Of a DNA stretch of 64,000 nucleotides, positions 1 to 11,776 are shown in pieces. Both the position numbers and the translations under genes were made by a program. The notes under the pieces are model-generated. The model saw nothing but the letters and a program-made list of their open reading frames with translations, was not told where the DNA came from and searched no databases. Every line of letters starts with the position of its first letter. Within the stretch, counting starts at the first letter, position 1. This DNA is from Felis catus (Eukaryota). Location of the stretch: contig NC_058369.1 in NCBI RefSeq assembly GCF_018350175.1, positions 3,536,001-3,600,000 of the forward strand, read 5' to 3'.

Positions 1-227
1 CTGAGCCACCCAGGTGCCCTCCATTGTGAATGTACTTCAATGTATACTAAACTGTAACTTAGTGGCTCTCTATATATTTGCCACTTTATCCACATATGCA
101 TGTAAGCAACATGAACCCACACAAAGGAATAAGCTGACATTTCAATGATTAGGTTATAAAAGAAACTGACTTCTATCTTGCTCGAGGGCTCTTGTCTCCT
201 GGCCTTGGACGGTTTAATGAAGCAATC

Positions 228-455
228 GGGGCGCCCGGGGGGGGGGGGGGGGGGCTCAGTCCGTTGGGCATCTGACTTCGGCTCAGGTCATGATCCACAG
301 TTTGTGAGTTCGAGCCCCTGGTCATGCTCTGGGCTGACGGCTCGGAGCCTGGAGCCTGCTTCGGATTCCGTGTCTCCCCCCCCCCCCTCTCTCTGCCCCT
401 CCCTGGCTCACGCTCTCTTTCTCGCTCTCGAAAATAAATAAACATTTTTAAAAAT
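228..455 (+). mobile_element. CAN-SINE (tRNA-derived carnivore SINE)
   Basis: GGGGCGCC head, GGCTCAGGTCATGATC...GAGTTCGAGCCCC body, CT-rich tract, AAAATAAATAAA tail. Confidence 0.9.
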
Positions 456-479
456 TTACTGAAGCAACCCACCGTGTTG

Positions 480-765
480 GGGACACCCACATGGCAAAGA
501 CCTCAGGGCAGGCTCCCGCCAGCAGCCTTCCAAAACCTGAGTCCTGCTAACAACCCCCCCCCCCCCCCCCGCCCCCGAGTTTGGAAGTGGATCCTTCTCC
601 GCTCAGACCTTCAGGTCTCACGTGGTGCAGCCTGAAAGGCTGTGAGGCACAGCACCCAGCTAAGCCCAACCTGAACTTCTGAATCACAGAAGCCATGAGA
701 TAATATAATTCAAGCCAGTATGTTTTGGGGTTTGGGGTAATCTATTGGGCGGCAATAGCTAGATT
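480..765 (+). mobile_element. MaLR (MLT1-like) LTR 3' portion
   Basis: Ends CACAGAAGCCATGAGATAAT...TTCAAGCCAGTATGTTTTGGGGT...GCAATAGCTAGA, resembling a recalled MLT1 3' end. Confidence 0.55.
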
Positions 766-1149
766 TATTACTATTATTATTATTAGAGTAATTTTTATAC
801 AGTGAGGACGTGAGCTGTCGTAGACATCCCTGCGGGTGGAGGCCCCTTCTCCCAGCTAGGTGCTGGTCCTAGTCTTAACCTCAGTTTCCTCATCTGTAAA
901 ATGGGGTCAGTATAGGAGAGTAATGAGGATGAAACGCAGGTAAAGCGGTTAGCTGGGGCCCCGCACGCGGGGGTGGTCAGGTGCAGGGGCTCCTGGGATG
1001 AGGATAAGGATTGGGAACAGGGACTGTGTCCCTGCCGCCTTGTCTAGCGTCACCCCCTGTCGGACATGCTGTGACACCTCGGTTGGGGGGGGGGGGTCAG
1101 TACTGCTTGTTAAATGCAAGCTCTGTGCGTCTGTGTTGTGTCTGCCCCT

Positions 1150-1870
1150 GGAGTGGGGCCCGTGCGTGGTGGCTGCGCGTGCGCCCCCTGACTCTCGGGA
1201 TGTGACCACCCACGTGCATGTCCTGTCCGTGGGGGCCTGGGGCGACTGGGCAGGGGGGAGGGGGGAGGCCTGGGGCCCGGGGAGAGCGGGGGGAGGGAGG
1301 CAGCCAGCCTCGCTCTGCCGATCGCCCCCCCCCCCCACGTCCTCGCCTCCCGCCGAGTCTGGAGACCCTCGGCGCAGCCACTTCTCCGCGGCCCTCGGCG
1401 GAGAGGACACGCGGCGGGCGTTGCCCCGGCAACGCCGGGATGCCCAGCAACAAGTCCGCGCCGCGAGTCACGTGCCTGGCGCCGACCAATCCGGGGGCCC
1501 GCGCGGAAGCAGGTCAGCCCGGGCCAAAGTCCGCCTCCCGCCTCCTCCCTCCCGGGCGCGCAGCGCCGAGCTAATTACCGTAATTGCGGCGGGAGAGCTC
1601 CGCGGGGCCGGGGGCGCGGGGGCGCGGGGGCCGGGGCGGGGGGCTGGGCGGGCCCCGAGTCGCTGGGCGCGGAGGGCGGACCTGCGGGACCCTCTCCTTC
1701 GCGCCTTCTCGAAGCCGCCGCCGTGGCCGCCGTCGGAGCGCTTATTAAGCGCCTACTGTGTACATCTGGTGTGGGCGGGGGTGGGGGGAGGACGGAGCGC
1801 TTGCAGTGGGGGCGGGGAACCCGAGCCTCCTCCAGGCGGGGTAAACTGGGTTTGGAGGCGGGAATCAGCT
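1150..1870. promoter_or_regulatory. CpG island with promoter-type motifs; gene not assignable within the window
   Basis: Very GC- and CpG-rich. Palindromic RFX X-box GTTGCCCCGGCAAC (1420-1433), E-box GTCACGTG (1467-1474), CCAAT (1486-1490), ETS-like GCGGAAG (~1503), several GGGGCGGGG boxes. Confidence 0.7.
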
Positions 1871-1923
1871 CGGTGGGTATGATTCTTAAGATTTGGGGTC
1901 TCAGAACTCTTGACTGTACTAAA

Positions 1924-1924
<1 letters not shown>

Positions 1925-1964
<40 letters not shown>
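1925..1964. repeat. (CA)20 microsatellite
   Basis: Seen directly. Confidence 0.95.
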
Positions 1965-1967
<3 letters not shown>

Positions 1968-4953
1968 CCTCTGCACTCCTTGGAGTCTCAGTTTCCTTTG
2001 CTACAAAAATACGGAAAGTTTAACTTTTGAAGGGAGCGTCCTTACAAGACTCAGCGCCGGGCAGACGGGGTTCCAAGCCAGTCTCTGCCACTTACCGCTG
2101 TGTGACTCTAGGTGAATCCCTTAACCTCTCTGAGCCTCTGATTTCTTGTCAGTTACAATAACAAATGGGGGGGCGGTATTTATTCGTGAGAGTTTTGGGT
2201 ATTTATGGAGAGTATGTGTGTGAAGCATATGGTTTGCACTCAGTAGACAAGTTATCATCATGGTCCAGCTTAATTATGAGCTGTGAGAACGTCCACGTGT
2301 CCTTTAAAACGCTCTGAATTCAGTTTTGTTTTGTTTTGTTTTGCTTTCGTAGATAAAATAAAGGGGTTGGGCAGGAGCCCTCACGCTGAATTGGCTGCCA
2401 CCGAGTCTGTTCATCACAGGGTGTTTTTGTTTTGGGAGTCTTTGTGTGGAAGGCTCCTGCGGGCATGTGAGTTTTTGATTCCTGGACTGGCTGATCCCTT
2501 CTGTCCCTTATGGGTCCCTTCTGTTCCTTCTTTCTTTCATTAGCGAGCATTAATTGAGCACCTACTGTGGACTGAGCCCCGCTGTGGGTCCGAGCCCTCA
2601 TTCTCATTATGGAGAACGCAGGCTCCAAGAACCAGCTCTATCACTGGCCACAGGAAGTGGCCCAGGCTCTCAGTGGACAAGACCGTGCACCTGGCCTGCT
2701 CTCCGTTTCTGCAGTGCCCGTTCCCACCTCCGGGCCATTGCACCTGCTGTTCCCTCGGCCTGGAAGTCTCTTCCCACCGATTGGCTCTTTCTCTTTCTCG
2801 CTTTTCCCCTTCTCTGCACAGATGGCACCTCCTCGAAGGGGCCTCCCTGACACTCGCACATCTTATTCTCTGCCTCCTCTAGGGATACGCTCCCCTCCGC
2901 CACTGCGGTTGCCGGGAATTCTGTTCCCATCCCCTCCCCAGCCACTAGGAGGGAGAGTCAGAGGGAGGACAGTTGCGGGGGAGGGTTGTAGGGGAAATTT
3001 TGTCCATACCAGTTCCTGAAGCATCTCGGAAAGCCCAGAAGGGAGGACGCTTTGTTCCTGCTATTCTTTCCAGGTTCTTCCAGGAGTCAGGGATGGAGTG
3101 GAACCCAGGCCTGCGGGGACTTGGCTTTCCTCCTTGACTCTGCAGCCCGAGAGCCACCATTCAGAGGCTGGGGGCTGCTCCCACTCAGGACACAGACACC
3201 TGTCACGGGATGTGACTGCAAGCGGGCGTTCTGTTTTCCAGCGGCGGCTCTCCCCACTTCTGTGCTCTGTGAGCTCGGGCAGGTGTCTCAACCTCTCTGG
3301 GCCTGCTTCTGTCTCTGGAAATGGGGAACTGCACAGAGCTTGGAGGCCAGTGTAAGGATGAGATAGTTTGAGAGAGCCCACACTTGGTCGGCGCTCAATA
3401 CAGGGTAACCGGAGCTATTACTTCAACAGGAAAGGGGGTTATTGGAAGGACGTTGTGAAGGTCACAGAACCAACAGGAAAGCTAGAACATTGATTTTGGA
3501 AACTGGCAGATGTCAAGGGGAACCATTCCAGGGAACAGCAGAATGGCGTAGGGGGAAATATCCAGCCCAGCCAGCCTGCCCCTCTGGGTGTGACCATAAC
3601 CCGGCAATCGACCCGTGTTTGTCTCCCCGGCATGTTTCAAAGAGGGACAAAACTCCGTGTCCCGGCCTCCCGGAGGGACGCGACCGCCTGAGAAGGAGTC
3701 CAGAAGATTCTGGAAGGCCCGAACCTGGTACTTACAGCATCATCTGAAAATATCTACCTGGTTTTTTTGTGGGCCACTGTGCTTGGTGCTAAGGCTGCAA
3801 GGGAATAAGAGAGAGCCAAAGAAAAATGCAGAGGAGAGAGGGGTTCTAGTCCTGGCCGGATCCCTGACCTGCTTCGGGAGCTGGACAAAGTTTCTTTCCT
3901 CTCCGGGTTTCGTCAAGACGAGGGGTAGGGGGCACCATAACAGGAAGACCTCCTTTCGGAGCCCTCCTCCACCGCCTATTTGCCGCGTGTCCTTGGTGAG
4001 AATCTCTCCACCTCCCTGAGCCTCAGTTTCCACATCTGCAAAATGGGGTGCAGTTAATATGGTCCAGGGTGGGTACGGCGAGCAAATGAGATCATTCATT
4101 CATTCTTTCATTCAATTACTAACAATTCTTGCCCTTCCCTGATATATGAAGCCCTTAGCATAGGAGCCCCTGACTCTTCCATTTTAGCTCCCGTCGTGAT
4201 CTCACGGTTCGTGGGCTCGAGCCCCGCGTCCGCCTCGGCGCTGACCGCGCTGAGCCTGCTCGGGATTCTCTCTCTGTCGCTGGCTGCCTGCCCCTCCCCC
4301 ACGCACATGTGTGTGCACACGCTCTCTCTCCCTCTCTCTCAAAAATAAATAAATTTTAAAAATATCCATTCAAAAAACTCTTAGCCGATAGCTGATGACA
4401 AAGAAAAGAGCCCCCACATCTTCACGATTATTATACACAAAGGGCATCAGTATGCACTTGTTACACATAAAATGTGTGCGGCGTTTGGCCCAAAGCAGAT
4501 GCTCAGGAAACACTAGTTTATATTATGTAACAATTCCAGACACACGCTGCGAGATTCTTTCCTTTCGCCGAGGCTGAAGTGTTGAAGTGTGACTCTTGTT
4601 CAGGGGCTTGGGGACCGACCGGACCCGAGACCGACCGAGACCTTCATTAGGGATTCCCCGGCGGCCGCGGGTGGGGAGGGCAACCTGTGTGTGGTCCTGT
4701 TTGTGTGTTCCACTCCTTCTGGGTAAATGCCTCCATGAATCTCCTCCTGCCAGGGCTTGCGGGTCAGGTTTCGGGGCCCCAGGCAGATGTTGTCCAGAGT
4801 AGCCCTGTTTCCTTAATCCTCGGGGCTCCAGAAATTGTCCTTAGAAGAGAGAACAACAGGCCTGCTGAGGCCACCATCTGTGCAGGTCTCGATTTGTAAA
4901 TGCTCACGAGGGTGGCAGGAAAGAGGTCTCTATAGTAACGGCTGAGGAAGGGG

Positions 4954-4954
<1 letters not shown>

Positions 4955-4990
<36 letters not shown>
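4955..4990. repeat. (TG)18 microsatellite
   Basis: Seen directly. Confidence 0.95.
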
Positions 4991-4993
<3 letters not shown>

Positions 4994-5820
4994 GGCAGAG
5001 GACAGGGAGGAAGGATCAGCCCCAAACCTTATTCTCAAACCTTTTTTCCTACCGTGATGAGCTATTAATTAATACTCGCTGCTGCTTTATTATCCCAGGA
5101 GATAATTAGCTACTGTTCCGAACTGGAGTCTCATGGGGAACATTTGCTAAAGCGATTCATTCACTTCTGCCTACCTACTCCTGCCTTCCTCCTAGGACAT
5201 GGGCAAATGCTGCAGACCCTGGGGACCCGGAGGGGAGAAAGTGGAACAAAGGCGACTCTCTATGAAGCTGAGCGAGATGGCAAGGGCAGAGCCCAAATTA
5301 GTGCGGACACAGCAAGTGATTTAAAAATGCCAGCTCGGATTATTCTGGAAGGCGGAATGGAGCCTCCTAAGGTGCCAGTGTGTTCGCAAGGGAAGGTCGC
5401 CACCTCTGTTTAAAAGGATCCGTCAGACCCGAAGGCAGGCAGAAAGGAGGAGAAGGAGGAGGGACTCCGCAACCAATTGGTCCTGGGCCCAAGCGTGCCA
5501 AGTCCAGAATCTTCTCCTGGCCTTTGCACATGCTGTTCTTTGTGTCAGGAAGTTGCTTCCTGCAACTTTGCCCAGCTCACGCCTCCTCAGCCTTAGGTCT
5601 CAATTTAGACCCCGGAGCCTCCTCCAGGAAGCCCTCCTTGATTCCCGCCCCCTCCTTCCTCAACCTGGATTGGAGCAGGTGACTGCGCTGGGTTCCTGCA
5701 TCACAGCTTTGTTCATTCTGAGTTGTAATAGACTGGGACTGTCTGCCTCTCCAATTAGACCTTTTTTTGAGGATTATGTCTTTCTCCTACATATACTAGT
5801 AAATGAAAGATAACAGGTTT

Positions 5821-6027
5821 GGGGGCACCTGGGTGGCTCAGTTGGTTGAGTGTCCGACTTGGGCTCGGGCCATGATCTCATGGTTCGTGGGATGGAGCCC
5901 CACCTCGGGCTCTGAGCTACCAGCATGAAGCCTGCTTGGGATTCTTGGTCTCTCCCCTCTCTCTGGCCCTCCCCTGCTCTCTCTCTCTCTCTCTCTCAAA
6001 ATAAATAAACTTAAAAAAAAAAAAAGA
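5821..6027 (+). mobile_element. CAN-SINE
   Basis: GGGGCACCTGGGTGGCTCAGTTGGTT head, (CT)n, A-tail. Confidence 0.9.
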
Positions 6028-6089
6028 AAACACGTTTTACAAGGTGTGTATAGAATGCTAGTTTATGCATCAAAATGGGAGAAGACACA

Positions 6090-6810
6090 ACACTTATTAG
6101 GTGGCTAAAAAGCTGACCATCCCAAGTGCTTATGAAAACGTGGAGCTATTGGGACACCTCGTCTGCTGTTCACAGAAATGCAAAGTTATATGGCCACTCT
6201 GAAACATACATTTGGCGGTTTCTTAGAAAGTCAAACATACCCTTACTGTTCGACCCAGCCAACCCACTCCTAAGTATTTACCCTAGAGAAATGAAAACAT
6301 ACTGTCCACACAGACTCCTGTACACGAATGTTTATAGCCCCTTTATTCATCATCTCCAAAAGCTAGAGATGTTCCTGAACCCAATGTCCCCGCACTGGTG
6401 AGTGGATAAACAAACCGAAGTCCATTCACATAATGGAATGCCACTCAGTAACAGGCAGGAGTTAATTCCTGATACTCACAAACAACAGGGGTGAGCGTTC
6501 AATGCATTATGCTGAGTGAAAGAAACCAGAGACAGAGAGCTGCACACCGTGTAATTCCATTTAAACGCCGTTCTGGAAAAGACAAACTATACTGATGGAG
6601 ATCAGATCCACGGTTCCCAGGGATTAGGGGAGTGGGGAGAGGACTCCCTGTGGGGAGACTACACAGGGGGCATGAGGGAACTTTTGGGGGTGATGAAGCT
6701 GTTCTGTATCTCGACTGTGGCATGGGAGACATGATTATGCATTTGCCGAAATGCCTAGAACTGGACATCTGAACACATGAATGTTACCAAGCATCAGTTA
6801 TACTTCAATA
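6090..6810 (+). mobile_element. Ancient L1 (L1M-type) ORF2 end and 3'UTR fragment
   Basis: Degenerate translation FDPANPLLSIYPREMKTY resembles the L1 ORF2 C-terminus. Typical L1M 3'UTR motifs (ATTATGCTGAGTGAAAGAAACCAGA, TAATTCCATTTA). Confidence 0.8.
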
Positions 6811-7364
6811 TACCTGGCTTAAAAAAACGTAAAAAGAACTCTTAAAAAGATTTAAAAAAGGTGTGTGTGTGCAGGGGGAGAATGATGTATGAGCTTCCTT
6901 ATGGATGAAGGATCTGGAAAGGGGCAGAGAAGACAATGGACGACTGACGAGAGCTTTGACCTTGCAGGTGGTGGACCAGGGTCCCCATCCCAGCTCCAAC
7001 CCCGTCTCACTGTGTTCTCTGGGCAGGTCTCTTTCCCTGTCTGAGCTTCCTGCCATGTCTGTAAAACCAGTGCTTATCGTATCTTCTCTGCAGCCCAGAA
7101 GAATTGGCAAGAGAATCTCAGAATCCTAGGTGTCAAGGCGTCTCCTAGAGGCGTAAGGGGGACCCCAAATGATAGGGTGAGGAATGGTCAAGCGCATGAG
7201 TTTTAGAGCCAAGAGACAGGGCTGTGTTCAAATCCCAGCTTTGCTGCTTGTCTCTCTGAGTCTCAGTTTCCTCATCTGTGAAGTGGGGACAACAACTGTA
7301 GCTACATTATAGGGTTGCCCCCAAGGCCTTAGGAATACCTGGCATGCAGAGGGTTTGACATGGA

Positions 7365-7550
7365 GCCAGCAAGTTGCAGCCCTGGGCTCAAATAAACTGC
7401 TGCCATTTTTATAAATAAAGTTTTATTGGCACACAGTGACACCCATTCATTTCCATCTTCTCCAAGGCTGCCTTTGAGCCACAAGAGACTGGCTGTCCTA
7501 CAAAGCCAAAAATATTTACTTTCTGGCCCTCAACAGAAATTCCTGCTCCA
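7365..7550. mobile_element. hAT-Charlie MITE (MER58-like)
   Basis: TTTTTATAAATAAAGTTTTATTGGCACACAG...CAAAGCCAAAAATATTTACTTTCTGGCCCT matches recalled MER58 motifs. Confidence 0.65.
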
Positions 7551-9296
7551 ACCTTCCTGATCTATTAGCTTCCTAGCCGTCATTGCTGTGTGAGGTCACT
7601 TTGTTCCTTTATTTGTTTTTTTGCTTATCATCTGTCTTCTGCACTAAATGGAAGACAGAAATCACATCAGCTTGGTTCCCTGCTGGATTCCCACATAGCA
7701 GGCATTAAAAAAAATATTTTTTTGCAGCGTGAATGAATTCATAAAGTAGGCTTGGGGGTGCGTACATCTGGCTATGTCTTTCCAGAATGTTGGAGGAGAA
7801 AGAGACTTAAGAAGTCCTCTAAACAGTCTCTCGTTGTAAATAAGGGGGGGGCCAGACACGGTGCAGAGTGGACACCCGCAGGGAGGACAGTGAGGAAGCC
7901 TGATCCCAGGACTGAGAGGTGAATCCTAGGGTCTAAGAATCATCTCGTGACCCACCTCTCTGCGGTAGAGATGGGACACACAGGACGACGAAACGCTGTG
8001 CCCAATCCTGACTTGGATCCAAGCTTGGGAAGAAATGCCCTAAAACGCAGTCTCAGGAGATCGGTGAGGCAGGAACGTGGGTCGGGGGTTAGACAGTAGC
8101 GTTGTAACAGTTTTAACTTCTCGGTTGTGATCATTACATTTGGGTTACGTAGGAGACTGTCTTTGATCTTGGGGGGGTGCATGCTGAAGTATTTGGGAAT
8201 GAAGGCGCAGTTGTGTTTGAAACGTACAGGGTTGGGACAGATACAAAGATAGATGTAGAGAAATAAACAAAGATAAAGCAAATGTGGCAACATGTTACCA
8301 ATGCCTGGGTGAATCTAGTTAAAGATGATATGGAGGGGCACCTGGGGGGCTCAGTGGATTAAGCGTCGGACCAGCTCAGGTCATGATCTCTAGGTGTGCG
8401 GGTTCGAGCCCTGTGTCGGGCTCTGTCCAGACGGTTCAGAGCCTGGAGCCTGCCTCAGTTTCTGTGTCTTTCTCAAAAATAAATAAACTTAAAAAAAAAT
8501 TTTTTAAAGATAACATGGAAGTTCATTGCACGATTCTTGCAACTTTCCTATGGGTTGGAAAAAAAATTTTTTTGCAAAATAAAAGAAAAGAGAGAGAAAC
8601 AAATAACCAAGGCAGCCATCTCCAGGCTGCCTTCCCATCTATTCTTGTCCCTTCTGCGGCATGCTCCCTGGTGCTCCTTAGGAACTGTGAGGCCAGAACT
8701 GACCTCTGAGAAGGAAACAGATGTAGCAGTTTCGAGTGTTTCAGATGCACTCAGTGGAGTCCACATTTCACAGTGGACTTGTTGAGTATCTACTATGTGT
8801 CAGAATTATAGTTTCTGCAACCGCTTCCCATGGGTTTGACTGAACTTTCCCCCGGTGCATCAGTGGAATTAACTCTGGGTTTGGGCATCTTTGTTGACAA
8901 ATGCTAGGTGCCTCATCTGATGCTCCTGGCTCCGTAGGTGGTGTGCAGACAGCTCATTTGCGAGTTCAGATTCCACAAAATGAGCAGCCCCTTTAGGGGA
9001 CTTTCATACTGGGGAGAGCACAAGCTGGGACACAGATCCCTCTGTTGACACCAGACTGCATCTGAGTATGCTTATACTTTCAGGTTGTCACTCTCCCTAA
9101 GGACAAGTTTGGTTGCTGAATTCATGTATGCACCCCTACCCCATGCCTACTACAAAAAAAGTTGGGTGATTAAGCTACATTATCAGAAAGCTTACCATGT
9201 CTATACATTATTTCTGGTGCCATGCCACGCATTAGACCGTGAGGCAAAAGGAAAAATCCAGTAATGCGGATCCTATCTTTATTTAAAAATTTGATA

Positions 9297-9530
9297 GGGG
9301 CGCCTGGGGGGCTCAGTTGGTTAAGCGACCGCCTTCGGCTCAGGTCATGATCTCGCAGTTGGTGGGCTTGAGCCCAGGGTCGGGCTCCATGCGGGCTCCG
9401 TGCTGACAGCTCAGAGCCTGGAGCCTGCTTCCGATTCTATGTCTCCCCCTCTCTCTACCCCTCCCCTGCTCACGCTCTGTGTCTCTCTGTCTCTCAATAA
9501 TAAATAAATGTTTAAAATTTTTAAAAATTT
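9297..9530 (+). mobile_element. CAN-SINE with target-site duplication
   Basis: Full SINE body. TAAAAATTTGATA flanks both sides. Confidence 0.9.
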
Positions 9531-10354
9531 GATAAATTATTCATTGTTGACTTTTTACATACATTAATTTTGATTTCTTAGAACATTGCATTGAAACATT
9601 ATTTACCTGGATTGCTGAGGTGTGTGTGTGGGGGGGGGTGGTTTTTTTTTTTTTTTTTTTGGTGCCTTCTTAAATTTGCACCTGAGGCAGGTGTCTTGCT
9701 TATCCTAGTCCTGGCTCACATGCGTTATTTCTAACATCCATCCACACCATACCACTAATTCCTCATCACAATGCTCTGAGAAGGTACTACCATTATCCCC
9801 ATTTCACCGGTAAAGAAACTGAAGCACAGAGAGGTTCAACTGTGCCCAAAGTCCCAGCCAGAAGGAGAAAAGTCTGGATTTGTGTTTTTGACTCAGAGCC
9901 TGTTCAGTAAAGTAAAACAATAAACGAAGTTATGAGATGGGTTTTGAACTGAGGAATCAAAAGATCTAGTCTTGAGACCCACTTCTGCCCCAGGCTCTTC
10001 TGAGCCCTCCACTCCCACAGACCTCAGTTTCCCTATGTGGAACTGAACTTAAATATTCTGAGCTTGCCCTGTTTTTTTCCCCAACTCAGTTTACCAGTTT
10101 TCTCTCTTCTGATCCAGCAATAGCACAAGCTGGAGATGGGGAGATGTAGGTACCATCCAGGGCTTTTGGGCCAAACTGGATGTGAGAGACCTAGGAGGGG
10201 GGTGGGCTGAGTAGTGGGGAGACCTTGAGGACCATAGTGAGTGCCCTCTCCCAACTCCAGAAACCCCCAACCCAGTTTTTGGGCAGATGCCAGACTTTTA
10301 TTCTGAAACCGAGACCACAGCCTATGAGGTAATCTTTGGAGCTGCATTCTAGAC

Positions 10355-10670
10355 GGAGTCCCATTGGCCGGCGGGTGAAGCCCCTCCTCGGGTTCCCGGT
10401 GCCCCGCCTTCTCCAAAGCCCATAAAAGTGCACGTCCTCGCCTTGGCAGCCACTGGTCACCTGCATCTGCCCACGAGATTGGAAGTAGGTGAGGCATACA
10501 GAGGCTGCCTGGTGGTGGTGGGGAGGGTGGTCTGAGGGACCAGGGACCCCGGGGATGGGGCTGGTTTGCAGCTCAGCGCATGGATATCCTCCAAGAAAGT
10601 GACAAAGACGGCAAAGTTTGGCGGTCTGGGAAGCGGAGACCAACGGGGCTGACTACCTGGGAGGTAAGTC
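10355..10670 (+). promoter_or_regulatory. Probable promoter and first exon of the miR-7-3 host transcript
   Basis: Inverted CCAAT (~10363), GC box (~10401), TATA-like CATAAAA (10421-10427), E-boxes CACCTG/CATCTG (10458-10469), splice donors TAG|GTGAGG (~10489) and GAG|GTAAGT (10664). Lies ~1.2 kb upstream of the hairpin. Confidence 0.45.
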
Positions 10671-10867
10671 TGGGAACAGCCACGAGGTGGGGAGCAGGTA
10701 TGAGTCCTGGTTGCGACCTCTCCGTGTCTCCCCTACTATCATTCTGAAGCTCCCCGGGAAGAAAATAGGAAGGTAAAGAAATCTGGGGGAGGGGAAGAGT
10801 CAGAAGGACAGATAACAGAGGGGAGTGGGGGGAGCCAAGGGAAGAGCGGGAAGCAAGTCAAGTTTTC

Positions 10868-11063
10868 TTCAGCACGGAGGCTTTGGATAGCTCACCGACC
10901 ACCACGGAAGGAAATTGCTATTTGTTTCAGCACCGAGACTCCGGACAGCGCCTCTCGGGACCAGGAAGGGAACCGCGATCTGCTTCAGCACCGGGACTCC
11001 GGACAGCTCCCAGGGGCTTTCCGGGGACGACTTAATTTCAGCACCAGGAAACCGGGCAGCTTC
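10868..11063 (+). promoter_or_regulatory. Cluster of four non-canonical RE1/NRSE (REST) sites
   Basis: TTCAGCAC(C/G)-N8-GG(A/G)(C/T)AGC starting at 10868, 10926, 10984 and 11037. Site 2 has perfect half-sites TTCAGCACC and GGACAGCGCC. Confidence 0.8.
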
Positions 11064-11667
11064 CCTGGTAACGGGGGAGCTCGCCCTTGCACCCTGATGG
11101 GGGAACAGAGGATGGTCTGACGCTTCTGGAGACCTGCCCCTCATTTAATGGACGTTTCGACGAATTCTTTTCTAGATCAGCAGGTGAAATGAAACCACAT
11201 ACACAAATCTGTAATTCCCTGTTAACAGGTGAGATGGCCAGTCAGTAGGACCGTGGGGGAACACGCGCCTGCCAAGATGACATTGCTGTGCTCTTTCCAG
11301 ACTTCTGTGAGAAGCATTGTGCCAAGCGTTTTATGTACATTATATCACGCCATCTTTCATCCCTAGGACATGGGTGTTATTGGGCCCAGGTGACACATGA
11401 GGAAACTGAGACCCAGAGATTGGCAGGGATGTAACTAGCCCAAGGGTGAATGAAGCTGTAAGTCAACCCCACCTCCGTCCACCTCCAAATTCATGTTCCT
11501 GACGTGCCTGGGTGGGAGGTGGGCCCTTGGGAATCAGATCCTGCCTCTCTCCAGGAGGACCAGAAGAGGCACTGGAGAAGTAGGAAGCCCAGAGGTTATG
11601 GCTTGGCTCAAGTGAGGGGTAGAAGCTGGGTGGGGGCTCCCAGGGGAGGGGCAGAGGGTGGCAAAGA

Positions 11668-11776
11668 AGACTGGAGCGGTTGTGGTCTAGTGCTGTGTGG
11701 AAGACTAGTGATTTTGTTGTTCTGATGTATTATGACAACAAGTCACAGCTTCCTCATAGCGTGGACTCCCGTCGGC
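11668..11776 (+). ncRNA. MIR7-3: pre-miR-7-3 hairpin; mature miR-7-5p 11698-11721
   Basis: Exact mature TGGAAGACTAGTGATTTTGTTGTT. The 3' arm CAACAAGTCACAGCTTCCTCA pairs with it. Flank TGTGGTCTAGTGCTGTG and loop CTGATGTA match the recalled mir-7-3 paralog, and it sits upstream of FEM1A as expected. Confidence 0.97.

Noticed and set aside
1150..1870. Assigning this island to the DPP9 promoter
   Set aside because: No DPP9 coding sequence is visible, and the recalled human DPP9 to miR-7-3 distance is much larger. Left unassigned.
998..1882. 294-aa ORF over the first CpG island
   Set aside because: Low-complexity Gly/Arg/Pro/Ala content typical of GC-rich islands; no recognisable family.
10868..11063. 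CRISPR-like repeat-spacer periodicity
   Set aside because: Mammalian DNA with no cas genes; the units are degenerate and explained by RE1 half-sites.
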